From a virus (Duplodnaviria > Caudoviricetes), in IMG/VR virus record IMGVR_UViG_3300035208_003581, positions 32,001 through 96,000 of that record: DNA of 64,000 bases; one strand, 5' to 3'. The notes under the pieces were generated by a model. It was given only the letters and a program-made list of their open reading frames with translations, was not told the origin of the DNA and did no database searches. The number at the start of each line of letters is the position of its first letter. The stretch's first letter is position 1. Made by a program: the position numbers and the translations under genes. Of the stretch, positions 42,802 through 51,992 are shown piece by piece.

Positions 42802-44280
42802 ATGAAACGCATTTTACGGTCTCTTATTGATGTATCGGATGATCGTGGATTTCCAACAATTTCAAACGATGATTTGAAAAGTAATTTCATTAAAGTTAGG
42901 GATATAAAACTTGAAATGAAATTATCTGAAGATCATGATATATTTGAATTTATAAGGTCATATTTTCATTCATTTAGAGAGTGCCCAAGTATACTTACTA
43001 TTTATGATAAATATAATGATGGAGAACACCAAAGTTTAATTGATCGACTTGATGAAATTAAAGATACTCGTCCCTATATAAAATCTAATTTTGAAAATCT
43101 TATAATTCACCATATTGAAGAACAGCATGAAGATAAATGTAAAGATGTTTTAAGCACTGCTATTGAAATTTTAAATAGTGGTGTAACAATTAATATCAGT
43201 AAAAGAAAACAAGAGCATAAAAAAGGTTATCGAGATGCCCTTAAATATATTGTAAAAGAATCCGATGAATTACTTTCAACAGATTTAAAGAATACAAAAT
43301 TAAAAGGTAATGTTCGTGATAATATTGATATGATTCAAAATGTGTATTTTGAAACAAAAAATGATCCATCAAAAAAAATAGGTAGATTTTGTGGGTTATC
43401 TAACATTGATATGAATAATAAAGGTATTAAAAAAGGTGAACTATGGATACATGCTGCCTATACTGGTGAAATGAAAACTACATTTGCTGTAAATTGGGCA
43501 TATAATAATTGTACTCGGTATGGTTGGAATTCATACTATTTATCATTAGAGATGCCATATGAACAGTTAAATGCTATGATATGGTGTTTACATTCAGCAA
43601 ATAATAAATTTATATCACAGGGATATAAACCTGTTGATTATAGAAAATATCGCGATGGTAATTTAACCAATGAAGAAGAGGATTATTTCTTTAATGTGGT
43701 ATGTCGTGATTTTTCAGAGTGTGACTATTATGGTAATATTTTTGTTGAACGTACTGTTGAAGATTTAACTATACCTGAGATAAAATCATTAGCAGAAATG
43801 TATCACCAAGATAACCCTATTGATTTGATGTTTATAGACCATGGTGGTTTAGTGCCTCCTACAATACATACTTCTGATTTTAGTTTAGCTCAAAATTCTG
43901 TTATTCGAGATGCAAAAAAACTTGCTTTAAATTTTGATAATGGTCAAGGAATACCATTAGTACTTTTATTTCAAATTAATCGACAAGGTAAAGCAGAGGC
44001 TGATAAAAAAGATGGTCATTATCGTATGCGTGATTTATCATATGCTAATGAAGCAGAAAAAAGTGCTGATGTAATTACATATACTTATTTAGATGATGAG
44101 CTAAGGAAAGATTCTAAAGTTAAATTTGGTAATTTGAAAAATAGAGATAACCCATTATTTGATCAATTCCAAGCTGAAGTTATATTTTCATGTCGTCGAA
44201 TTTATAATCTTGAGTTAGGTACAATATCGGATACGCAAGTAACCGAGCAAACAAGTGATATACTTAAATTTTTAGGGTGA
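42802..44280 (+). CDS. dnaB: Replicative DnaB-like helicase
   Basis: KGELWIHAAYTGEMKTT, YLSLEM, FIDH, LFQINR, AEKSADV, LKNRD. Confidence 0.85.
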   Translation: MKRILRSLIDVSDDRGFPTISNDDLKSNFIKVRDIKLEMKLSEDHDIFEFIRSYFHSFRECPSILTIYDKYNDGEHQSLIDRLDEIKDTRPYIKSNFENLIIHHIEEQHEDKCKDVLSTAIEILNSGVTINISKRKQEHKKGYRDALKYIVKESDELLSTDLKNTKLKGNVRDNIDMIQNVYFETKNDPSKKIGRFCGLSNIDMNNKGIKKGELWIHAAYTGEMKTTFAVNWAYNNCTRYGWNSYYLSLEMPYEQLNAMIWCLHSANNKFISQGYKPVDYRKYRDGNLTNEEEDYFFNVVCRDFSECDYYGNIFVERTVEDLTIPEIKSLAEMYHQDNPIDLMFIDHGGLVPPTIHTSDFSLAQNSVIRDAKKLALNFDNGQGIPLVLLFQINRQGKAEADKKDGHYRMRDLSYANEAEKSADVITYTYLDDELRKDSKVKFGNLKNRDNPLFDQFQAEVIFSCRRIYNLELGTISDTQVTEQTSDILKFLG

Positions 44281-44287
44281 TATCATA

Positions 44288-44860
44288 ATGGCAAATCCTT
44301 GGGTTGAGTACATAAAATCTAATGTATCTATGAAAGATGTACTTAGGTTTTATAATGTTGGAATGAATCAACCATCTGCAGATATCACTCAATTTGCATG
44401 CCCTCTTCATGGTGATTCACAAGATGGCACACCTTCAGCTCGTTTATATGAGACAGATACAGCTTATTGTTGGGGATGTGATAAATATTACGATACTATT
44501 TCTTTTGTACAGACATACGAAGGTAAAAATTTCCATGACACATTAAGGTTCATAGAAAGAACATTTAAGTTAACTCCATTCCAAATTAAAAATGAAAAAG
44601 AAAAAAAAGAGAAGTTTATAGTTAATCTTGAAAAAGAAGTAAAAATTGATCCTCAATCACATTTAAGTTCACTGGAGAAAATTTTAGTAAGGAATAAAAA
44701 ATATTGTACTTTTGAAGAATATGTAAAATTTTGTTATGCTTTGGATGTTCTTAATCAAATGTATAGTAAGAAATTAAAAGTTGATGATGAGATCATACTT
44801 ATGTCTAGAAAATTAAAAGAAAAAATACTTTTAAGAGTACATGATGACTCAAACTATTAA
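44288..44860 (+). CDS. Stand-alone CHC2 (primase-type) zinc-finger protein
   Basis: CPLHGD...PSA...YCWGC...DTISFV; 190 aa with no TOPRIM domain. Confidence 0.8.
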   Translation: MANPWVEYIKSNVSMKDVLRFYNVGMNQPSADITQFACPLHGDSQDGTPSARLYETDTAYCWGCDKYYDTISFVQTYEGKNFHDTLRFIERTFKLTPFQIKNEKEKKEKFIVNLEKEVKIDPQSHLSSLEKILVRNKKYCTFEEYVKFCYALDVLNQMYSKKLKVDDEIILMSRKLKEKILLRVHDDSNY

Positions 44861-45272
44861 GATAGTAGGTGCTCCTCTGTTTGAGGTGTATTTTAACCCT
44901 ATTTTTTCTAAAAATGGTGTATGGCAAGAAAAATATAGAGTATTACAAGATCATTATAAATCTAAATATATAATATCTTTATTCTCATATTCTACAAAAG
45001 AGCATTATGAAGATGCTATTTATGGATATGTTTTACCTTTTATGAAAGATCTTACATTAAATCCAGAAACATGTTTATTAAAAATAGGTGGTAAATCCGT
45101 TGAATGTTGTGAGAGAAATTTTTGTACTATGTATAATAGTAAATGCTCTTTGCAATTAGGGATGAGCTTATGTTTCGAATTGTGTGCTGCAGAGTCAATC
45201 ATCGATGTACTTATCCGTGACATAATTCGTGGATGGTCAGAGAATAAATATTGGGTAGTTATTAGGGAGTAA
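44841..45272 (+). CDS. Cys-rich hypothetical protein
   Basis: 143-aa ORF overlapping the upstream gene in the replication operon. Confidence 0.65.
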   Translation: MMTQTIKIVGAPLFEVYFNPIFSKNGVWQEKYRVLQDHYKSKYIISLFSYSTKEHYEDAIYGYVLPFMKDLTLNPETCLLKIGGKSVECCERNFCTMYNSKCSLQLGMSLCFELCAAESIIDVLIRDIIRGWSENKYWVVIRE

Positions 45273-45274
45273 AA

Positions 45275-47797
45275 ATGGCTTCAAAAAAAGATATTAATAT
45301 TCAAGATATGGTATTTGATTTAGGAGGAGTTGATGTTTCAATTCCATCTTGGATTAAAAACAAAAATTTTAGATGTGCAAAAACTATTGAAGAGGTAAGA
45401 GAATACATTGATAAAGCTATTTCAAATGGTATTGCAAGCTTAGATACTGAAACTGAAGGGTTAGATACACGTGTCTATTTGAATGAAGAAACAAATAAAT
45501 ATGAAACTGTACATAAAATCGTAGGATTTTGTGTTTCAGCTGATATAGATTCAGGTATGTATATACCAATACGCCATAAACGTGGTATAGAACACAATTT
45601 AGATATAGACTTGGTTGAAAAGGAAATTACTAGATTAGGTGAAAATACATTACTTGTATTTCATAATTCAAAATTTGATTTGGAAATGTTAGAATTTATG
45701 GGGAATCCATTATCAATTCTTAAACACACTCAATTTGAGGATACTCAAATTGCTTTATTTATTCGTGATCCTAATGACAAACGTACAGGTTTGAAAATTG
45801 CTTCACAAACCCATCTCGGTGTCACTCAGATTGAACTTGAAGAATTATTCCCAAAAAGTACTACAAATTTAGATTTTTCAGAACTATCTCCTACTGATAA
45901 TGGAGTAGCTGAGTATGGTTGTTCGGATGCATGTTGCACATTGATGTTATGGGAACAAATAAAGTGGGTAGCTGAAAAATATAAAGTATCATATACATTA
46001 GAAAAAGCATTGATTGGTCCTTTACGTCGCATGGAACGTAACAGAGTGTTAATTGATGTTGATTTAATTAAGCAATTAAAAATTGGTGCTGAAGAACGTA
46101 GAGAAGAGATTGTGAGACTCTTCTTAGAAGCTCAGAAACCTTACTGTAATGAAAATGAAACTTTTGAGATATCTTCACCTCAACAAATATCTACATTGCT
46201 GTACGAACGAATTGGGATACCTACAGAGGATATTTTAGAGAAAGGTGAAACTGACCATTTATCTACGAGTAAGAATGCTGTAGATCTTTTGAAAGAAAAG
46301 TTTGAAGATCGATATCCAATTTTAGATTATATTATTGAATATCGTATGCTTCATAATGTAATTACAAAATTCCATATTCCTATGATTGAGAATGTTGATA
46401 GTAATAATGAAGGTAGGTTACAATTTAATGCTTTAGTGGCAGATACTGCTCGATTATCATCTTCAAAAGGTAAAGACGGTCATGGATTTTTAGGTATTAA
46501 TTCCCATGCTATTCCAAGACCTAAAGATAATACAAAACCTGAATTTTCAAGATTGATACGTAAGGCTATCAAAGCTCGTCCTGGTTTTGTAATAGCAAAA
46601 ATAGATTTCAGTGGTGAGGAATTAAGAATTGCAACTAATCTTAGTAAAGAACCTAAATGGATTAAAGAATTCAATGAAGGTTCTGGTGATCTTCATACAC
46701 TCATGTCTATAAATATATTCGGTAATATTGATGGTAATAATAGAAGTTATGCAAAGAATGTAAATTTTGCATTGTTGTATGGTGGTGGGCCAGGTGCAGT
46801 AAAACGTAATACAAAATTACCTATGATCACATGTAAGGATATCGTTAAAAAATATTTTGAAAAAGTACCAATATTGAAGAAATGGATTGATACTCAAAAG
46901 AAATTTGCTAAGGCAAATAAAATAGTTTATTCCGCAATGGGTAGACCGTTTCCATTACCTCAAATGGAATCTGGAGATCCTTCTATAATTGCTTTTGGTG
47001 AACGTAAAGCTATAAATTCCCCAATTCAAGGTACTGGTGCTGATATCATTAAAACATCAATTGTTCGGGTTGATAAGCTATTCCGTGATAAAAATTGGTG
47101 GCCGGAACAAGCTCGATTACTTATGAATGTTCATGATGAGTTAGTTATAGAATTGAAAAAAGAAATTTTAGAAGAAGCTCTTCCTCTCATTTGTGATGAA
47201 ATGACACTATTTGGTCGTCAAATGAAATGGGAAGTCCCATTAGAAGTTGAACCATTGATAGGTGAATCTTGGTTTGTGAAAAATGATTGGAATAAAATGA
47301 AATTAGGTGAAGAAGAAATACCTGATTTTCTTAAAGGATTTATCACAGTAGATCGTAAATTGAGTGGTGTAGCACGTATCCCAGAGATAAAATTAGAACC
47401 ACAGGTAAAAAAACAAACCGTGCTTGAATCATCACATCTTATATCTAATACTACTATTGATGATAGTGAACCTTTAAATACAGATAGTAAAGATAATAAA
47501 GAACCACAACATATTAAACCTCAAATGAATGAAAGACAAAACTCTATGGTTAATGTAAATCAATTATTTGATATACCAGAAGTATATAAATTTGATTTGA
47601 CTAGTCCACTAAATACAAGAACGTATAATACATTAAAAAACATATGCACATGGGCTTCAACTCCTACTCTTGTACCAGCTTCTACAATTCTTGTTATAAA
47701 GAATATGGCAGATGGTAAAGAAATTATCGGAGAAAATTTAAATATTCGTGTAGACTTATTAAAGTTTATTGTTTTAGCAGAAACATTTAATTTATAG
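45275..47797 (+). CDS. polA: Family A DNA polymerase with 3'-5' exonuclease
   Basis: Exo motifs LDTETEGL, HNSKFD, YGCSDA; motif A IDFSGEELR, motif B RSYAKNVNFALLYG, IQGTGAD, motif C VHDELV. Confidence 0.93.
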   Translation: MASKKDINIQDMVFDLGGVDVSIPSWIKNKNFRCAKTIEEVREYIDKAISNGIASLDTETEGLDTRVYLNEETNKYETVHKIVGFCVSADIDSGMYIPIRHKRGIEHNLDIDLVEKEITRLGENTLLVFHNSKFDLEMLEFMGNPLSILKHTQFEDTQIALFIRDPNDKRTGLKIASQTHLGVTQIELEELFPKSTTNLDFSELSPTDNGVAEYGCSDACCTLMLWEQIKWVAEKYKVSYTLEKALIGPLRRMERNRVLIDVDLIKQLKIGAEERREEIVRLFLEAQKPYCNENETFEISSPQQISTLLYERIGIPTEDILEKGETDHLSTSKNAVDLLKEKFEDRYPILDYIIEYRMLHNVITKFHIPMIENVDSNNEGRLQFNALVADTARLSSSKGKDGHGFLGINSHAIPRPKDNTKPEFSRLIRKAIKARPGFVIAKIDFSGEELRIATNLSKEPKWIKEFNEGSGDLHTLMSINIFGNIDGNNRSYAKNVNFALLYGGGPGAVKRNTKLPMITCKDIVKKYFEKVPILKKWIDTQKKFAKANKIVYSAMGRPFPLPQMESGDPSIIAFGERKAINSPIQGTGADIIKTSIVRVDKLFRDKNWWPEQARLLMNVHDELVIELKKEILEEALPLICDEMTLFGRQMKWEVPLEVEPLIGESWFVKNDWNKMKLGEEEIPDFLKGFITVDRKLSGVARIPEIKLEPQVKKQTVLESSHLISNTTIDDSEPLNTDSKDNKEPQHIKPQMNERQNSMVNVNQLFDIPEVYKFDLTSPLNTRTYNTLKNICTWASTPTLVPASTILVIKNMADGKEIIGENLNIRVDLLKFIVLAETFNL

Positions 47798-47805
47798 GAA
47801 GTAGT

Positions 47806-48216
47806 ATGCATCGTTTAAAAGAAAGAGTAGAACAATTGGAAAGTATCCTTGTTGGGGTTGTGAAAGAAAATGATAATCCTCTGTTATCAAACAGATTAGA
47901 TACTGCTATATCTTTTGTTAAAGATACTTCTATGGAAGTGGCAAAGATAGAAAAATTGTTAGAAAATCTTTTAAATGAACTTGGATATAAAAATATATTA
48001 TCAAGTTCTAAAATAAATGAAATAAAGTTAAGTTCTGATTTACAAACTGAATTGAGTTTTAATAAATCAAAATTAGCAGATTTAATTCGTAGAGAAAATG
48101 AAATAAGTATGCATCAAATGCCACTAGAATTAAAAGAAGGTATTAAAAAATCAAAAAAAGATTTAGTTGATAAAATTAATAGTTTGGAATTACAATTAAA
48201 AATGGTGAAGGAATGA
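47806..48216 (+). CDS. Coiled-coil hypothetical protein
   Basis: 136-aa ORF with AGGA RBS. Confidence 0.65.
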   Translation: MHRLKERVEQLESILVGVVKENDNPLLSNRLDTAISFVKDTSMEVAKIEKLLENLLNELGYKNILSSSKINEIKLSSDLQTELSFNKSKLADLIRRENEISMHQMPLELKEGIKKSKKDLVDKINSLELQLKMVKE

Positions 48217-48413
48217 AAAATACAATCATAACTGCGGTATGTAGTGTTGGAGATCAATTTCCACCACAACATGCATTACAAGGTATCGTTCCAGACCCAT
48301 CAAAAGAATTTAAAGCATATGAACTTTATGAACGGTGGAAGAGACTTTGCTATAAAACAAAGATGGGTATTGGGTGTGAGAAGTGTCAGTTTTTTAAAGT
48401 TATTTGGAAATAA
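48213..48413 (+). CDS. Small Cys-containing protein
   Basis: ATGA overlap with the upstream gene; CEKC motif. Confidence 0.6.
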   Translation: MKNTIITAVCSVGDQFPPQHALQGIVPDPSKEFKAYELYERWKRLCYKTKMGIGCEKCQFFKVIWK

Positions 48414-48419
48414 ATAATT

Positions 48420-49004
48420 ATGATACAAGATTATATGAGTGTTTGTAATAATTTTGAAATATCAAATGAGCAATTCGAAAAAATTTGGTGTGTGCGTTGT
48501 AAAAATACAGAATGTCAGCGTTCTTTTTCACAATCAGCATGGCTAAAGAGAGTATCTACTCAAGTAGATACTATGTTAATAAATCCTACTATTGTTGATA
48601 AAAATGACCCTCAATATGAAGGAATACGTAAACAACATTTTGATTGTTTAAATCCACAAAAAGATGGCCCAACAACCACATATTCAATTGCAGATATACG
48701 AGAACCAACTAATTTTATTCTAAGTACGAGTGACAGTAAAGAAGAATCAAAAAATGTTGAAACAACAAAACATTCACGAAATATTATTATTGAAAATGTT
48801 GATGTTGTAGTATCTGGAGATACTATATTAGAGAATGTAGATGCAAAATCATTCAATAAGAATTTGAATGAGATATTAAATGAACCAGATACTGTGAGTT
48901 TTAATAAGGTTGATGATACTATGAAGAGTGTACGTACTGAAAGTAAATTTGAAAAGACTATTTTTATAAAACCAGGTGATACTGTAACTATGAGTGGGAA
49001 GTAA
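48420..49004 (+). CDS. Hypothetical protein with N-terminal Cys cluster
   Basis: [13 protein letters not shown] followed by a low-complexity tail. Confidence 0.65.
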   Translation: MIQDYMSVCNNFEISNEQFEKIWCVRCKNTECQRSFSQSAWLKRVSTQVDTMLINPTIVDKNDPQYEGIRKQHFDCLNPQKDGPTTTYSIADIREPTNFILSTSDSKEESKNVETTKHSRNIIIENVDVVVSGDTILENVDAKSFNKNLNEILNEPDTVSFNKVDDTMKSVRTESKFEKTIFIKPGDTVTMSGK

Positions 49005-49006
49005 TT

Positions 49007-49207
49007 ATGCCAACATACGAATACAAATGTTTAAAATGTGGTGAAATTTTAGAAATTGAACAAAGTATAAAAGATGATAAATTCAGTACTCATAAAGAAT
49101 GTGGTTCAGAATGTGATGGAGAAGTCACTAAATTGATTTCAGGAACATCATTTCAACTAAAGGGAACTGGATGGTATGCTACTGATTATGGTTCTCATTC
49201 ATTGTAA
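49007..49207 (+). CDS. FmdB-family zinc-ribbon protein
   Basis: [12 protein letters not shown]...[20 protein letters not shown]. Confidence 0.88.
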   Translation: MPTYEYKCLKCGEILEIEQSIKDDKFSTHKECGSECDGEVTKLISGTSFQLKGTGWYATDYGSHSL

Positions 49208-49268
49208 TCCTTTGAAAATACTGCCGCAAAGGCAGCTTAGAGATATATATGACGAGGTATTTATGGAG

Positions 49269-49322
49269 GGATAGTAACAGATAGTGTGTTGATAACCTAT
49301 TAATACTTTCTATTAATAGGAG
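49269..49322 (+). repeat. 54-bp direct repeat, copy 1 (hairpin plus SD-like end)
   Basis: ggatagtaacagatagtgtgttgataacctattaatactttctattaataggag, identical to 51290-51343. Confidence 0.97.
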
Positions 49323-49444
49323 GTGAGAAGATGTTATAAATGGAGCGAGAAACATATTATGTTTCTCATTGGGAGATACACCCTATGTTAGAAATAACAT
49401 AGCTAATGTTAATATTTATTAACAGAAATGTATCGGAGAATACA

Positions 49445-49615
49445 ATGATGAAAAAAACAGGCGATGCTAAACCAGCTAAAATAATAGATACAAATAAAAA
49501 AATAGATTTTTGGAATATGAGTGAGCAAGAACAGAAAAATCTAGCAAATACAATGGGAATGTCTCTTGAAGAATTAAAATTATGGCTTCAGACTAAACCA
49601 ATTCTAGAACAATAA
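49445..49615 (+). CDS. Small hypothetical protein
   Basis: GGAG RBS before ATG 49445, in frame with track ORF 49406. Confidence 0.6.
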   Translation: MMKKTGDAKPAKIIDTNKKIDFWNMSEQEQKNLANTMGMSLEELKLWLQTKPILEQ

Positions 49616-49684
49616 TTTACAATATATTAAACTGCCTATTCGGCAGTGAATTTATACCGATCTTTAAATATAAGGATTATTGAA

Positions 49685-50062
49685 ATGAGTAAGAAAATAT
49701 TATTAGATTTTGATGGAGTATGCAATACATATAATGGTGAGTATAATCAAAATGTTTTACCACCTATACGTAATGGTCTTGAAGATTTCCTTAAATCTTT
49801 AAAAGAATTAGGATATACTATTATAATCTTTACTGCTCGTAAGCCTATAAAAAAGATTGTAGAGTGGTTTATAAATTATGGTTTAGGAGATTATATATAT
49901 GATGTGACAAATATAAAAGAACCAGCTCAATTATATTTAGATGATAGTGGTATTACATTTAAGGGTGATTTTAATGAATCCTTGAAAACAATTAAGGAAT
50001 TTAAAACGTATTGGAAAACTTCTTCAAAATTGAGGTTTATAGCAAGAAAGATTATAATATGA
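49685..50062 (+). CDS. HAD-superfamily phosphatase-like protein
   Basis: ILLDFDGV, IFTAR, K.PA.LYLDD. Confidence 0.8.
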   Translation: MSKKILLDFDGVCNTYNGEYNQNVLPPIRNGLEDFLKSLKELGYTIIIFTARKPIKKIVEWFINYGLGDYIYDVTNIKEPAQLYLDDSGITFKGDFNESLKTIKEFKTYWKTSSKLRFIARKIII

Positions 50063-50493
50063 AGGTGAATAAAGTAAAAAAAATTTGGAATCCTAAATTT
50101 AAGTCTATAGTTGATTTTTTGAATACCTATGTTGAACCAGATTCATTGATTTCTATTACTAACATTAAAGAAAAAGATAATTATGTACATGAACTTTTGA
50201 AGAATGATTATATGTTGGCATATTTGAAAAATCATATTTGGTTTTTTTACACTTTTGATATTATAACAACACATATAATCGAAAGAGCATCTGAAGAAAA
50301 TATTGAAATTTATCTTGAATCTATTGGTAAATCTTGGTCTTTTGCATATAAATATATTACAAAAGAACGCTTACTGAATTTATTGTGTACGTATAATGTA
50401 ACTGATTTAATGATTTCTGATATGTATTTATATATAAATACTACTATAAATATTGATATTAAACCATCAATTTTAATGAATAATTTCAATTAG
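50059..50493 (+). CDS. Hypothetical protein
   Basis: ATGA overlap with the HAD gene stop. Confidence 0.55.
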   Translation: MKVNKVKKIWNPKFKSIVDFLNTYVEPDSLISITNIKEKDNYVHELLKNDYMLAYLKNHIWFFYTFDIITTHIIERASEENIEIYLESIGKSWSFAYKYITKERLLNLLCTYNVTDLMISDMYLYINTTINIDIKPSILMNNFN

Positions 50494-50495
50494 AA

Positions 50496-51086
50496 TTATT
50501 CATCCCAATTCATAGAGCTTTGTATTTTATAATCAAATGGATTTGCTCTATTGCCTATTGTAGTTGTTAAATAAGCTATTATTTTTAATGGGTTTTCTGA
50601 TATCTCATTTTCAAAATCTTCTAATGTATATTGTGATGGATAATCATGTTGTTTTTTTAGTTGTACTAAAATATCTTCTATATTTAATTCTATTTTTGTT
50701 TTAGACTTACCAACAGTTACAGAAGTAGATATTGAATTAAGAGTATCTTCTATAACATTTCTACCATCTATAGAAGCAATCCCATCTTCGTGTTCATAAA
50801 ATATACCATTTCTATAGAAGTCATCTACTTCACCTATTAGGTGGTCCATTAAATCCTTTGTATTTATTGTTATTGAAAAGCTTTTATCAGCTTGTACATT
50901 TTTAATTGTGCTTCTTATAGTGTCATCTTTATTTGATATATACCCAGATAAAAGGGAATAAATTTCTGTTTCAAGTGCATGAGGGTCTATTTGAAGAGTG
51001 TCAGCTAAAGCATGAATGTCCTCATCTTTAGGATTTGGATGTGTTATGAAGTAACGTTTTATTTGATCTTGTACTGATTCACTCAT
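50496..51086 (-). CDS. Hypothetical protein with small N-terminal three-helix domain
   Basis: Likely start MSESVQDQ at 51086 after AAGGA; the upstream extension in the track is low-complexity AT. Confidence 0.65.
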   Translation of the reverse strand: MSESVQDQIKRYFITHPNPKDEDIHALADTLQIDPHALETEIYSLLSGYISNKDDTIRSTIKNVQADKSFSITINTKDLMDHLIGEVDDFYRNGIFYEHEDGIASIDGRNVIEDTLNSISTSVTVGKSKTKIELNIEDILVQLKKQHDYPSQYTLEDFENEISENPLKIIAYLTTTIGNRANPFDYKIQSSMNWDE

Positions 51087-51289
51087 TTTAATTTCCTTTA
51101 TAATTATCATTGTTATTGTCATAATGTTTATATTTATAAAAAAAATATTTAGAATTTGAAATTTTTTCTGTATACTCAAATGAAACAAAGAGGAGTTATA
51201 TAATGTTTCCATCAAATAATCTTTTAAAAGAATACATTGAATCATTAGAAAATATCTCTATTTATGGACACAGAGTTCAAATTATTAGA

Positions 51290-51343
51290 GGATAGTAACA
51301 GATAGTGTGTTGATAACCTATTAATACTTTCTATTAATAGGAG
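51290..51343 (+). repeat. 54-bp direct repeat, copy 2
   Basis: Identical to 49269-49322; ends at the probable IS left junction. Confidence 0.97.
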
Positions 51344-51413
51344 TTCGGATAGGTTACCATAATTATTAACAACTATGGTTAATTTCTACTAATAATTAAC
51401 AATAAGGTAAGTT

Positions 51414-51992
51414 ATGACGAAATACGTAAACACAAGAACTGCTTGTAAAAATTTAAATGTACATCCTAATACTCTACGAAATTGGGATCGGGACGGCAAG
51501 GTAAGAACGATGCGTACGCCCGGCGGGCGTCGGCTTTATGATTTATCATCCTTATCCCAATCTAATCGTAGTAAAATTATATACGCAAGAGTTTCTTCAA
51601 AAGGACAGAGCAATGATCTTGACTCACAAATACAGTATCTTAGAACAAGATATCCAAACCATGAGCTTATCCAAGATATCGGATCTGGTCTCAACTTCAA
51701 ACGCAAAGGGCTTACAGCCCTTCTGGAACGATTGCTGTCTGGAGATGTCGAAGAGGTTGTTATTGCACACCGCGACCGGCTCTGCCGGTTCGGATTTGAA
51801 TTATTCCTTACCATTGCAGAGAAATTTAATACCAAAATCGTGGTTCTCGACGATGCACAGCAGTCACCACACGACGAACTCGTCGCCGATTTGCTCTCAA
51901 TTGTCCACGTTTTCTCCTGTAGGCTTTACGGACTCAGAAAATATTCTAAGAAAATCAAAGAAGATAAGGATTTATCCGAACAAAAACAGTAA
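51414..51992 (+). CDS. tnpA: IS607 TnpA serine recombinase
   Basis: N-terminal HTH (VHPNTLRNWD...RTPGGRRLY), YARVSS, DIGSGLNFKRKGL, RDRLCRFG, FSCRLYGLR. Confidence 0.95.
   Translation: MTKYVNTRTACKNLNVHPNTLRNWDRDGKVRTMRTPGGRRLYDLSSLSQSNRSKIIYARVSSKGQSNDLDSQIQYLRTRYPNHELIQDIGSGLNFKRKGLTALLERLLSGDVEEVVIAHRDRLCRFGFELFLTIAEKFNTKIVVLDDAQQSPHDELVADLLSIVHVFSCRLYGLRKYSKKIKEDKDLSEQKQ

Noticed and set aside
50413-50423. 11-nt match to the predicted TnpB guide
   Set aside because: Short, AT-rich and not preceded by AG; likely chance.
49269-51343. 54-bp repeat as a CRISPR array
   Set aside because: Only two copies 2 kb apart with genes between them; no spacers or cas genes.
49230-51413. Group I intron/IStron upstream of tnpA
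   Set aside because: cttagagatata loosely resembles an R element, but I found no matching P7 partner, and only about 70 nt separate the proposed left end from tnpA.
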